Origin: Candidatus Parcubacteria bacterium
Lineage (GTDB): Bacteria; Patescibacteriota; Minisyncoccia; Phycocordibacterales; UBA918
Assembly: GCA_041173745.1 (NCBI GenBank)
Contig: JBEDID010000001.1
Span: 1-57,949, forward strand
Direction: 5' to 3'
Length of the DNA stretch: 57,949 nucleotides
A model generated the notes under the pieces. The model was not told the origin of the DNA, did no database searches, and saw only the letters and a list, made by a program, of their open reading frames with translations. How positions within the stretch are numbered: position 1 is the first letter of the stretch; the number at the start of each line of letters is the position of its first letter. Below, in pieces: positions 45,034 through 53,350 of this stretch. Position numbers and translations under genes: made by a program.

Positions 45034-47442
45034 TTATTCAGTTCGACTAAGAAATTTAGCTAATGGTCTTTTTAGTAATTCGGTCACAACGAAGTAAGCG
45101 AAAGTGAGAGCTAGTATTAAAGCTAGGTGTGATGGTTTAGGTGTAACAAAACTGAAGAACTTTGCGGTGACGGGAATGATAGGGAGGAGAAGGGCAGCCG
45201 ACATTGCAACTATTGATAACCATGTAATAACTGGTGCTGGCCAGCCTGTTTTTTCAATTGGCAGCATTGAGCGAATGGTAAACAACAGAACGATTTCGGT
45301 TAGAACGCTGGCGATAAACCAGTTGGTCTGCAAAACTTCGGGAGAAATTCTATAAAAGAGGGCGAACCACATGAAGTCAAATACAGTACTCACTAAACCT
45401 AGGGTGATGAAAATAATATAGAGCGAGCGAAAGTCGTAACGTTGGGGTTTTTTTATCTCAGCCGGACTGACGCGGTCAAAAGCAATCGCCATCATCGGAA
45501 AGTCAGAGAGGAGATTAAGAAGAAGTAGTTGCTTGGGCAACATTGGTAAAAAACTAATAAACAATGAACCAATCGCAACCGCATAAAAGTTTCCAAAGTT
45601 TGAAATTAGAGTGGCTCGAATATACTTGATGGTGTTGATGTGGGTTTCGCGACCTAAACGAATACCGTCAATAATAACGCTTAAATTTGGTTTGGTTAGA
45701 ATGATGTCGGCTGTCTCGCGCGCCACGTCCGAGGCTGATTGAACCACGATTCCAACATGGGCCGACTTAAGGGCAGGCGCATCATTGATACCTTCGCCTA
45801 AAAATCCAACCGTCCGCTGTTCTTTTAGAAGTTCGATCAGCGAGAGTTTTTGTTCAGGAGTGGTGCGAGCAAACACACGTATAGTAGTTATGCGTGTGAG
45901 TTGTTCTTTAATTGGTAAATTAAAGAAAGCGGCTGCCTCAATTATTTCCTCTGGGGTTGTAATCAAACCGGTTTCTCGTCCAATAGCTTCAGCTACGCGC
46001 AAAGCATCTCCGGTAATTATGGTGATAGCGACGCCAAGTTTATTAGCGGCGGCAATAGTGTGATTGGTAGACGCTTTTAGGACGTCAGCAAATGATATAA
46101 AACCACCAAAGCGCATGCCGGCACCATCGTCGTAACTTACTCCTAACACTCTGCGACCGAGTTGTTCCTCCGCTTGTAGCCAGTCATTAACATCGGACTC
46201 AGCAACTAAGTTTTGATTGAAAAAATATTCTGGACTACCGCGCCGAATGTGTAATTTGTGACCATCAGCTTGGACGACGATTGAGCCGTTACTTCTTAAG
46301 TCAGGATTAAACGATTCTTCCTCAATAATGTTAAAAGTACTGAGTTCAGCTCGTTGTTCAACTGAGAGCGCTTCATCAATGGCGCGATCAAATGGTTCTG
46401 GGATTCGCTCATGGAGATCATTGGCGGCCAGCCAGGCTAGGGAGAGAGGGTGGAAAGGTGATTCTGGTACAAGGTATTCATTTTGATAAGCTAAGTGATT
46501 TTCGGTGATGGTGCCCGTTTTGTCGGTGCATAAAAGTTCAATCGAACCTAAGTCTTGAACCGAAGATAGGCGTTTAACCAAGACGTGTTTTTTGGCTAAG
46601 CGCAGAGCACCGCGCGATAAAGAAAAAGTAATTACCAACGGTAGAGCTTCAGGAATCACCGATACTGCCAGTGCAATGGCGAACACCAACAAGTGAGGAA
46701 TATCAGCATCTCCACCCTCGATAACAACATTGGCGATAACAACAAAGAGGAGAGTAATTAGTGTGGCGCGCAAAATAAAGGTACTGATTCTGTCGATACC
46801 TTTAGTAAGCTCACTGACACTTTGAGTGGTGGAGGTGGTCTGAGCAATACTGGCTAAGCGGGTAGTGGAGCCAGTTTGGGTAACTTCAGCATAAGCACCA
46901 CCAGTCAAAATTACTACTCCTTGAAGTAGGGCATAGGTTGTGGCAGCTTGGTTTATGTCCTCGACCATGCGAGCAGATTTAGTAACCGGAATACTTTCAC
47001 CAGTGAAAGTGGTTTCATCAACTCGCAGTTCAGAGGTCTGTATAACAATGGCATCGGCGGGCACAATATCACCAGACTCCAGTTTTAAAATATCTCCCGG
47101 GACAATCTCAGAGGTGGGAATCTCCGCGTCTTTATTATCACGCCGCACCGTAATAGTGTGTGCTAAATATGATTTTAGAGTGTCGGCGGCCGCGTTAGAT
47201 TTGTACTCTTGAAAGAGACTAAGGCCAACGCCAAGAAAAACGAAGACAAGAATCAGTGACGCATCAATCGGCTCACCTAAAAAGAAGGTTACTCCAGCCG
47301 CGACTAAAAGTAGAATATTGAATACCCCAGCAAACTGCCGAGCAACTAATTTTAAGAAACGGTAGTGTGGCGTCGGCAATTCATTTTTGCCATATTTTGC
47401 TTGTAATTCACGCACTGCTGCGGATGATAATCCTGTATACAT
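45034..47442 (-). CDS. cation-transporting P-type ATPase (type II/III)
   Basis: CTDKTGTITEN phosphorylation site, TGES, TGDALRVA, and GEGINDAPALK. N-terminal cation_ATPase_N-like LSSAAVRELQAKYGKNELP. Start taken at ATG 47442. Confidence 0.9.
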   Translation of the reverse strand: MYTGLSSAAVRELQAKYGKNELPTPHYRFLKLVARQFAGVFNILLLVAAGVTFFLGEPIDASLILVFVFLGVGLSLFQEYKSNAAADTLKSYLAHTITVRRDNKDAEIPTSEIVPGDILKLESGDIVPADAIVIQTSELRVDETTFTGESIPVTKSARMVEDINQAATTYALLQGVVILTGGAYAEVTQTGSTTRLASIAQTTSTTQSVSELTKGIDRISTFILRATLITLLFVVIANVVIEGGDADIPHLLVFAIALAVSVIPEALPLVITFSLSRGALRLAKKHVLVKRLSSVQDLGSIELLCTDKTGTITENHLAYQNEYLVPESPFHPLSLAWLAANDLHERIPEPFDRAIDEALSVEQRAELSTFNIIEEESFNPDLRSNGSIVVQADGHKLHIRRGSPEYFFNQNLVAESDVNDWLQAEEQLGRRVLGVSYDDGAGMRFGGFISFADVLKASTNHTIAAANKLGVAITIITGDALRVAEAIGRETGLITTPEEIIEAAAFFNLPIKEQLTRITTIRVFARTTPEQKLSLIELLKEQRTVGFLGEGINDAPALKSAHVGIVVQSASDVARETADIILTKPNLSVIIDGIRLGRETHINTIKYIRATLISNFGNFYAVAIGSLFISFLPMLPKQLLLLNLLSDFPMMAIAFDRVSPAEIKKPQRYDFRSLYIIFITLGLVSTVFDFMWFALFYRISPEVLQTNWFIASVLTEIVLLFTIRSMLPIEKTGWPAPVITWLSIVAMSAALLLPIIPVTAKFFSFVTPKPSHLALILALTFAYFVVTELLKRPLAKFLSRTE

Positions 47443-47547
47443 GGGTAAAGTATACAGGTTTAAAAAACCATAACCATAGTCCATGCACAAGCGTTTTTTT
47501 TGTTTTTAGATAAAGCTAGGGCTTTTAATAATTTGACTACAGTTAAA

Positions 47548-48072
47548 TTATTCAGTTCGAGTTTTTAGGATGTAGATGTACAACACAATCATAAATCCAA
47601 ACAGAAAAGCTGACAAAAGTGGAAAGGTGACAAAGCCAAATTCAAACATAAATCTTTTGGCGCAATCGCCGCCGGAAGTGGGGCAGGCAATAAACTCATT
47701 GCCGCCCATTTGTAGGTAGTGCTGATACAACGCTACAATTAATCCAGGAATCGAAAGCAATAAACCATACCGAGCGGCTACTTTTTCTTTGTAGAAAATA
47801 GCCATTCCAAGAATAAATACTTGCGGATAAAGAAAGACGCGTTGCGTCCAACATAAACCACACGGTATAAAACCAAAGCCTTCAGAATAAACTAAAGTCA
47901 TGATGCTTGAGCCGAGAGTAAATAAAAACCCAGCCGTCATTCCCCAAACCTTAATGATTTTTTCAAACTCTCTACTGGTGTAAAGGTCTACTAATATTAT
48001 TGAGCTAACCAGCAGAACCGAAATTCCTCCTAGGGCTAAGATAAAGTTTAAAGTCTGCACTGTATCACTCAT
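47548..48072 (-). CDS. disulfide bond formation protein DsbB/BdbC family
   Basis: 4 TM segments, IPCGLCWTQR motif, and a second Cys pair CPTSGGDC. Confidence 0.8.
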   Translation of the reverse strand: MSDTVQTLNFILALGGISVLLVSSIILVDLYTSREFEKIIKVWGMTAGFLFTLGSSIMTLVYSEGFGFIPCGLCWTQRVFLYPQVFILGMAIFYKEKVAARYGLLLSIPGLIVALYQHYLQMGGNEFIACPTSGGDCAKRFMFEFGFVTFPLLSAFLFGFMIVLYIYILKTRTE

Positions 48073-48074
48073 AG

Positions 48075-48488
48075 TTATTGAATTACACAGCCGGTTTTTT
48101 CAGCCAGTTTATCAAATTGTTGGACGCCACTTAATTCGGTACCATCAGTAAATTTCCAAGTGGGGTAGCCGGTAATTTTTTCATCAATACAAACTTGAGT
48201 TTGACCATTACCGTCTTCTAGAGAACATTCTACGTAAGGTAATTTCTTTGAGTTTTCAAATAAGGCTTTTTGTTCCTGACAATGCGGACACCAAAAAGCG
48301 CCGTAAAATACCGCTCCAGCATCAGCTAAACATTGAGCGAATTCATCGGCAGAACTGTTGGAGGCTGTGGCTGTAGAGTTGTCAGCATTAGTAACTGTCT
48401 GAGCAGGAGCCTCAGCTTGGTTGTTAAAAATTAGTAAACCAATAACCGCTACCACCACTACCATCATGTATATATATGTAGTCTTCAT
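48075..48488 (-). CDS. secreted thioredoxin-fold thiol-disulfide oxidoreductase
   Basis: N-terminal TM/signal and a WCPHC active site. Coupled to the dsbB-like gene (2-nt gap). Confidence 0.75.
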   Translation of the reverse strand: MKTTYIYMMVVVVAVIGLLIFNNQAEAPAQTVTNADNSTATASNSSADEFAQCLADAGAVFYGAFWCPHCQEQKALFENSKKLPYVECSLEDGNGQTQVCIDEKITGYPTWKFTDGTELSGVQQFDKLAEKTGCVIQ

Positions 48489-48808
48489 ACCGCTAGCATA
48501 CCATTACACGCTATTCATTTCCAGATAAATAGTCCGTTTGGTTATTATATTGGAAAATTATCTAGAGTATTTTTTATGAGAAGTAGTTGTTTGTTAAATA
48601 AATTGTTATACAATCACTAGTAATAGACACCCGCAAATAAACCTTACTTATTAAATAAAATCTATGGACCTAAATAAATTTGAGGTAAATATTGGTAAAT
48701 AGGGAGGCATCCGATTTAATCTCCATAACCGCCTCCCCATTTACCCTTTGGTACCTAGTCCAACGCCAATACCTCGTATGCTTGTCATCGGGGTAGTTTA
48801 TTAATTGT

Positions 48809-48840
48809 GCCTGTCCCCATTTATGCCTGTCCCCATTTAT
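48809..48840. repeat. tandem 16-mer gcctgtccccatttat x2 (reverse complement contains AATGGGGACAG)
   Basis: Perfect tandem copies at 48809-48824 and 48825-48840. It is the same 11-mer core as the boxes at 52387-52575, but in the opposite orientation. Confidence 0.8.
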
Positions 48841-49031
48841 CGAGACCAAGGAAGAGATTAGGCGGACTCACTCCATATGAGTTCTTTTATCAAGAGACGG
48901 GTGTTGCACTTGGTGGTTGAAGGTAGCACCGATAAACTTGTCATTATCTTATATTTATTGTATGGTTATAATTGGAAGTCACTCAACCGAGTGACTATTT
49001 TGTTCTCCATAAATCAACAAAGGATACGAAA

Positions 49032-51197
49032 ATGAAAAATGATTCCCTCTTTATCATACCCATGACTACCAAGGTTTCTCAAACCAAGACAGTCTTCCAG
49101 CAACACGATCAGGACATCATCATCAATGCACCAGGTTCTCTTATGGGGAAGTTGGTTGACTTGTGTGACGGTAAATCAACAAAGACGCAGATTGTCGACT
49201 CGCTCACTACTGAGTGGGATCAAGGCTGTGTTGTTGAACTGGTTGACGAACTGTTCCGTCTTGGATTGCTTATCGAACCGAAGTATATATGTGAGGGTAT
49301 GTGGCGATACGCAACAAATCCTTCACGTTACGCTCGTGCAGTCAGCGATCAAGAAGCCACAAACTTGGCAAAAAAAGCCTGGGAGAGACACCAGACTTCG
49401 GCTGTATGCAAATACTACCAGAAATCGACATCCAACTTCAACAATCTTCTCGAAGACAGGTGTTCGACCCGCAACTTCTCGAGGTTGCCGGTCGAAGTTC
49501 AAGTTATTGTGGACATGCTCTGGTCTGGATATGGTGAATGTAGAAATACTAAACGCACCGTTCCATCGGCTGGAGCCCTGTATCCAATCGTGCTGTACTT
49601 GGGGCTCATGCGTTCGTCGGGAGAACTTTCTCCGGGTGTATATCGTGTGAGTGTTAGTCAGATGTGGTCGGTCGGGTTCGAGATGGTGTCAGAAGATATT
49701 GCTAAGTTACAAAGATCTTTTATGGACCCGATGATGGCAGAAAAAGCACACGGGGCAGTGGTTATAGGCGGTTCATTACGACGTACCGCTGAGAAGTATG
49801 GCAACCGCAGTATGCTGTACGTTCCTCTGGAAGCTGGACATGTGGCCCAGAATATCCATCTGTCCGCCTACTCCCATAAACTTGTTACGGTAGAAATCGG
49901 CGGCTTTGCCGAAGATGTGCTACACAAAGCTTGTGGAATGCCAGATGAATACATACCGATGACTACCATTCTGTTTGGTCACCCTTCACAGGAGGTCGAA
50001 AATACGACAGGTGTGTCCGAGGTTGACTGGGTCATGCCTACTGCCAGGTCCTATCAAACACCATTCGCTATTGCGCAAGCACGAGTATCGGCGGAGCTGA
50101 ATGAAGACTGGTCGTATGGGCGAGATGCCTCGCCCAGGATGGCAATGATAAAAGCTGTGTCCGAGGCAAAAGAATGGGCGGCGTGTGGTTGTGTCCCGGA
50201 AGGGTTGTTGAGGGCGCGATTGAAAGACGTACCGAATGCAATCGATCCGAGAGCTGTCATTCAGTTCCATGAAAGTCAGTACAAGCTGACGGGCTTTCCT
50301 CTAAAGCCATTTGACGAGGAAACTGCATATGAGTGGGTGGAAGGAAAAGATGAATTAACGGGTGAAAGCAAATATCTGTTGGCTGATCTTGTCTATTTCC
50401 CATATTTTGGAGAAACTCCACCATACCTATTTGCAAATTCGTCGGGTGTCGCAGCACATCCTGATTCACAAAAGGCAGTTGAATCAAGCGTGCTCGAACT
50501 GATTGAGCGTGACGCTTTTATGGTTGCCTACCTGACCAGCTTGAGTTACCCGACAATATCGGCGAGTTCTTTACCTCAGTATCTGCAGGAGCGCATTTCG
50601 ACCCTTAAGCAAGAAGGTTTTGAAGTTACTATCAAAGATCATACTCTTGACCTGGCACCTGTAGTGACCGTCTTGGTTCAAAACGAGGCATTAGCGTATA
50701 CCAATTGTGCTTCATGCTCTCGTTTTGAAATCGAATCGGCCATAGATCATGCTTTGATGGAGGCTGAAGGTTCAGTCTTAGCAAGACTTCAAAATGGTCC
50801 TGCTCCAGCACTGAAACCGTCGGATGTTGATATGCCTTTGCAACATGGAGCGCTCTACGAACAGAAAGGATATTTTCGTAGAGCCGACTTTATGTTTAAG
50901 GGAGAGGTCTGTATGATGAATGAGTTGCCTGCTCGGGTGAGTAGCTGGGGTGGTTTGCTTGATAGGCTACATCAGATGGAGGTTCCTTTGGTAACCACCC
51001 CGTTCTTTCTTTCGGAACAGTATGGTGGTAATGGTGACTTGTACATCGTGCGCTCAATTATTCCAGGACTTGTACCGATGACCTTCGGGTATCGGCAAGA
51101 GCCTGGTGGTATGAAAAGGCTGTACAACGTGGCTCGTCAGAAAGGTAAGCATTTGAGCTACGGAAACATCCGGAAGTTCCCGCATCCTTTCGCATAA
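49032..51197 (+). CDS. fused RRE(PqqD-like)-SagB-type FMN dehydrogenase-YcaO cyclodehydratase
   Basis: AGGA lies 7 nt upstream of ATG 49032. The N-terminus LVDLCDGKSTKTQIVDSL...VVELVDELFRLGLLIE is PqqD/RRE-like. The middle region RCSTRNFS, PSAGALYP and LEAGHVAQN is SagB/nitroreductase-like. The C-terminal half SSGVAAHPD...SVLELIERDAF and the terminal FPHPFA are YcaO-like. Confidence 0.8.
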   Translation: MKNDSLFIIPMTTKVSQTKTVFQQHDQDIIINAPGSLMGKLVDLCDGKSTKTQIVDSLTTEWDQGCVVELVDELFRLGLLIEPKYICEGMWRYATNPSRYARAVSDQEATNLAKKAWERHQTSAVCKYYQKSTSNFNNLLEDRCSTRNFSRLPVEVQVIVDMLWSGYGECRNTKRTVPSAGALYPIVLYLGLMRSSGELSPGVYRVSVSQMWSVGFEMVSEDIAKLQRSFMDPMMAEKAHGAVVIGGSLRRTAEKYGNRSMLYVPLEAGHVAQNIHLSAYSHKLVTVEIGGFAEDVLHKACGMPDEYIPMTTILFGHPSQEVENTTGVSEVDWVMPTARSYQTPFAIAQARVSAELNEDWSYGRDASPRMAMIKAVSEAKEWAACGCVPEGLLRARLKDVPNAIDPRAVIQFHESQYKLTGFPLKPFDEETAYEWVEGKDELTGESKYLLADLVYFPYFGETPPYLFANSSGVAAHPDSQKAVESSVLELIERDAFMVAYLTSLSYPTISASSLPQYLQERISTLKQEGFEVTIKDHTLDLAPVVTVLVQNEALAYTNCASCSRFEIESAIDHALMEAEGSVLARLQNGPAPALKPSDVDMPLQHGALYEQKGYFRRADFMFKGEVCMMNELPARVSSWGGLLDRLHQMEVPLVTTPFFLSEQYGGNGDLYIVRSIIPGLVPMTFGYRQEPGGMKRLYNVARQKGKHLSYGNIRKFPHPFA

Positions 51198-51232
51198 ACT
51201 GCGACTTAGGGCGAGGAGTATAACTCCTCGCC

Positions 51233-51880
51233 CTATTTTTTATCTAAAAAATCAACAGAGTGTAATTTATAAAGATCACTAGCTCTCAATCCACTTGCTT
51301 TTATTTTTTCTTGTACCAATTTGAAGCCTAGTGAATAGCCGGACCAACGTTTAATGGTGTCGCTGCCGAAGAACCATTCGTCATTTACCCAACCTCGTTG
51401 ATTTAAAATATCGTTTGCTTTAGTCCACAGATCATCCAATTCGTTCTCGGTAAAGGCAGTAGTATAAATAGATGGAGGTAGATCTGGTTGTACTTCTATT
51501 TCAAAATTCTGTGTTAAACCTTCTGCAATCAAAGAGTCTAGTAATGTTCCATTCTCCCACGGTATATATTGCTCACGCACTACATGCATATATTCATGAA
51601 TGAGCGTACGAGCAACTTCTGCCTCGAAGTTATTTTTAAGATGAGGATTGCTCAAATCTAAGTAGATATCAATACATCTAGCATCTTTTGTATATTGTCC
51701 TGAAATACCCAATCCAGGAATTGAGTTTTGTGGACTGTGCCGAACGACAACATCTGTTTCTACTGATTCAGTGAGAAAGATCACTTTGTCCGCTGTTGTA
51801 TCAAAGATGTCTTGCATTTGGCCAGTAACTACTTCTAGTTCTTTATTAGTTTTAAGAAAGTGATAGTGAAAAATTTGCAT
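51233..51880 (-). CDS. DUF2268-like predicted zinc metalloprotease (HExxH)
   Basis: LIHEYMHVVRE (HExxH), TLLDSLIAEGLTQNF and RWSGYSLGFKLV match the DUF2268 pattern. Start taken at ATG 51880. Confidence 0.65.
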   Translation of the reverse strand: MQIFHYHFLKTNKELEVVTGQMQDIFDTTADKVIFLTESVETDVVVRHSPQNSIPGLGISGQYTKDARCIDIYLDLSNPHLKNNFEAEVARTLIHEYMHVVREQYIPWENGTLLDSLIAEGLTQNFEIEVQPDLPPSIYTTAFTENELDDLWTKANDILNQRGWVNDEWFFGSDTIKRWSGYSLGFKLVQEKIKASGLRASDLYKLHSVDFLDKK

Positions 51881-51913
51881 AATTATATTGTAGCAAAGTT
51901 TATAGCTGCTGTA

Positions 51914-51947
51914 TAAAAAAACAGGCGCGGCATTGTTGTGCCACACC
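51914..51947 (-). terminator. intrinsic terminator/attenuator after the small peptide gene
   Basis: The minus-strand RNA is GGUGUGGCA-CAACAA-UGCCGCGCC followed by UGUUUUUUUA. It lies between the peptide stop (51970) and the protease start (51880). Confidence 0.6.
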
Positions 51948-51969
51948 CGTCTGGTGGTTGAAATTGTCC

Positions 51970-52110
51970 TTACTTGTTTTCTGGCTTCTTGCCGCCACAT
52001 CTCCCGTTACCGCCACCGCCACTACGGCACTGTGATTGGAAGTTTCCGCGATCGTTGTGTCCCTGCGGAACGGTTTTGGTTGAAAAAGAGAACTTCTTTT
52101 TAGGTTTCAT
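51970..52110 (-). CDS. 46-aa Lys-flanked Gly/Cys-rich peptide, candidate RiPP precursor
   Basis: Hand translation gives MKPKKKFSFSTKTVPQGHNDRGNFQSQCRSGGGGNGRCGGKKPENK. AAGGA lies 9 nt upstream of the ATG, with its own promoter upstream and a terminator downstream. Confidence 0.5.
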   Translation of the reverse strand: MKPKKKFSFSTKTVPQGHNDRGNFQSQCRSGGGGNGRCGGKKPENK

Positions 52111-52197
52111 ATCTGATTTTCCTTTGAAAAGACCTCCAGGCAAAGATACAGTCGGTGCCACATATTGACAAAGACAGGCCCTTACAATCTAAGGTAA

Positions 52198-52225
52198 AAT
52201 ATATACTAAAACAGCTATAAGTCAA
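52198..52225 (-). promoter_or_regulatory. sigma70-like promoter for the peptide gene (TTGACT-N16-TATATT on the minus strand)
   Basis: The reverse complement of 52220-52225 is TTGACT. The reverse complement of 52198-52203 is TATATT. It lies about 85 nt upstream of ATG 52110. Confidence 0.5.
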
Positions 52226-52513
52226 CAGATTCCGCTGAAATCTCAGCAGTAGATGGTAGAGGGACGATTAATATAAAACACCCTCCACTCTAATTATGAC
52301 CACACAGCTAATGTGGCACACAGAGACTCGCAAAGTCGATGACTGGAAGGTACCCCAAATCTAAGACACCTTTTCTAAGTAATGAAGTAATGGGGACAGT
52401 GAACCGTACCCCTTAACATAGACACGAAATAGAAATAGTGATTTCATTTATGTACACAGTAAATGTTTCCGATACTCCACTGGTGACATTTTTTCTCTGT
52501 GCCATTGCTTGAA

Positions 52514-52575
52514 GTAACGGGGACATTGGTAATGGGCGGTAATGACGGTAATGGGGACAGCGGTAATGGGGACAG
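52514..52575. repeat. array of GGTAATG(GGGACAG) boxes (REP-like), plus an isolated copy at 52387-52399
   Basis: gtaacggggacat, ggtaatgggcg, ggtaatgacg, ggtaatggggacag and cggtaatggggacag lie in tandem directly upstream of the Y1 transposase gene. Confidence 0.75.
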
Positions 52576-53324
52576 TCACGATTTATCCCAAAGAAAATAT
52601 GGCATAATACACACATGCCAAGACTTGCTCGAGTAGACATCGGAAACGAAATATATCACGTAATCAATCGAGCAGTCGGTCGTCTCCAGATATTCAATAA
52701 AGACGAAGATTATAAACTGTTTGAAGACATAATGCTCGAAGCAAAGGATCTGTCTGGCATGAGAATTCTTGCCTACACTATCATGCCTAACCATTGGCAC
52801 TTAGTACTTCATCCGCAAAATGATGGAGACTTAGGAGTATTTATGCACCGATTAACAAACGCTCACACAAGGCGAGTGCACGTTAAGACTGAAACAATTG
52901 GACATGGTCCTCTATATCAAGGTCGGTATAAGTCATTTTTGGTTGACTCAGAGAAATACTTTCTTACCTTGCTTAAGTACGTAGAAAGAAATCCTGTCCG
53001 AGCAAGACTCGCTAAAAGATGCGAAGACTGGAAGTGGGGGAGCGCCTATCGCAGGAGTGCTGGAGAAACTTTTCAAAATCAGATTCTAGATGCCTCACCA
53101 GTTTCTTTTACTCTTGACTATGCAGAATGGATTAATGCTCCTGACACAGAAAGCGACCTTAGTTCAATCCGCATCTCTGTTAATAAAGGGGCACCCTATG
53201 GTAGAGAGAATTGGGTTGAAGCTATGACGAAGCTGTATAAGTTGGAGACAACGCAACGTCTGGCAGGAAGACCGAGGAAAATTAATTAGACCATGGGTAT
53301 TTTCTGAAAAATCGTGACTGTCCC
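52569..53324 (+). mobile_element. IS200-like unit: Y1 transposase gene flanked by perfect 16-bp inverted repeats
   Basis: gggacagtcacgattt (52569-52584) and aaatcgtgactgtccc (53309-53324) are exact reverse complements bracketing the ORF. Confidence 0.6.
52615..53289 (+). CDS. HUH/Y1 transposase, IS200-like (REP-associated tyrosine transposase-like)
   Basis: HUH motif in IMPNHWHLVL and catalytic Tyr region GPLYQGRYKSF. 224 aa with a C-terminal extension. Confidence 0.85.
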   Translation: MPRLARVDIGNEIYHVINRAVGRLQIFNKDEDYKLFEDIMLEAKDLSGMRILAYTIMPNHWHLVLHPQNDGDLGVFMHRLTNAHTRRVHVKTETIGHGPLYQGRYKSFLVDSEKYFLTLLKYVERNPVRARLAKRCEDWKWGSAYRRSAGETFQNQILDASPVSFTLDYAEWINAPDTESDLSSIRISVNKGAPYGRENWVEAMTKLYKLETTQRLAGRPRKIN

Positions 53325-53350
53325 TGTTTACTCATTTAGCTTCAAAATTT

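Noticed and set aside
48576-48972. Small + strand ORFs upstream of the YcaO gene as precursor candidates (e.g. MRSSCLLNKLLYNH at 48576, MDLNKFEVNIGK at 48664, and a ~52-aa ORF from 48876)
   Set aside because: None has a convincing SD. The 52-aa ORF is hydrophobic, overlaps the enzyme start region and lacks Cys/Ser/Thr-rich core character. They were kept only as weak alternatives to the 46-aa peptide.
49126-49650. Alternative-frame ORFs inside the YcaO fusion gene (49126..49650, 49301..49537, 49986..50270, 50054..50260, 50257..50487)
   Set aside because: They are shadow frames within a relatively GC-rich gene whose main frame carries contiguous RRE, SagB and YcaO motifs.
51974-52168. ORF 51974..52168(+), the mirror of the candidate precursor peptide
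   Set aside because: It has no SD or promoter in the + orientation, and its Pro/Leu-rich product has no features. The minus-strand ORF has a promoter, an SD and a terminator. This remains a caveat for the peptide call.
52514-52575. Possible CRISPR array (short tandem GGTAATG... units)
   Set aside because: The units are only 9-15 nt with no unique spacers of CRISPR length. There are only 4-5 units and no cas genes. This is better explained as REP-like boxes of the adjacent Y1 transposase.
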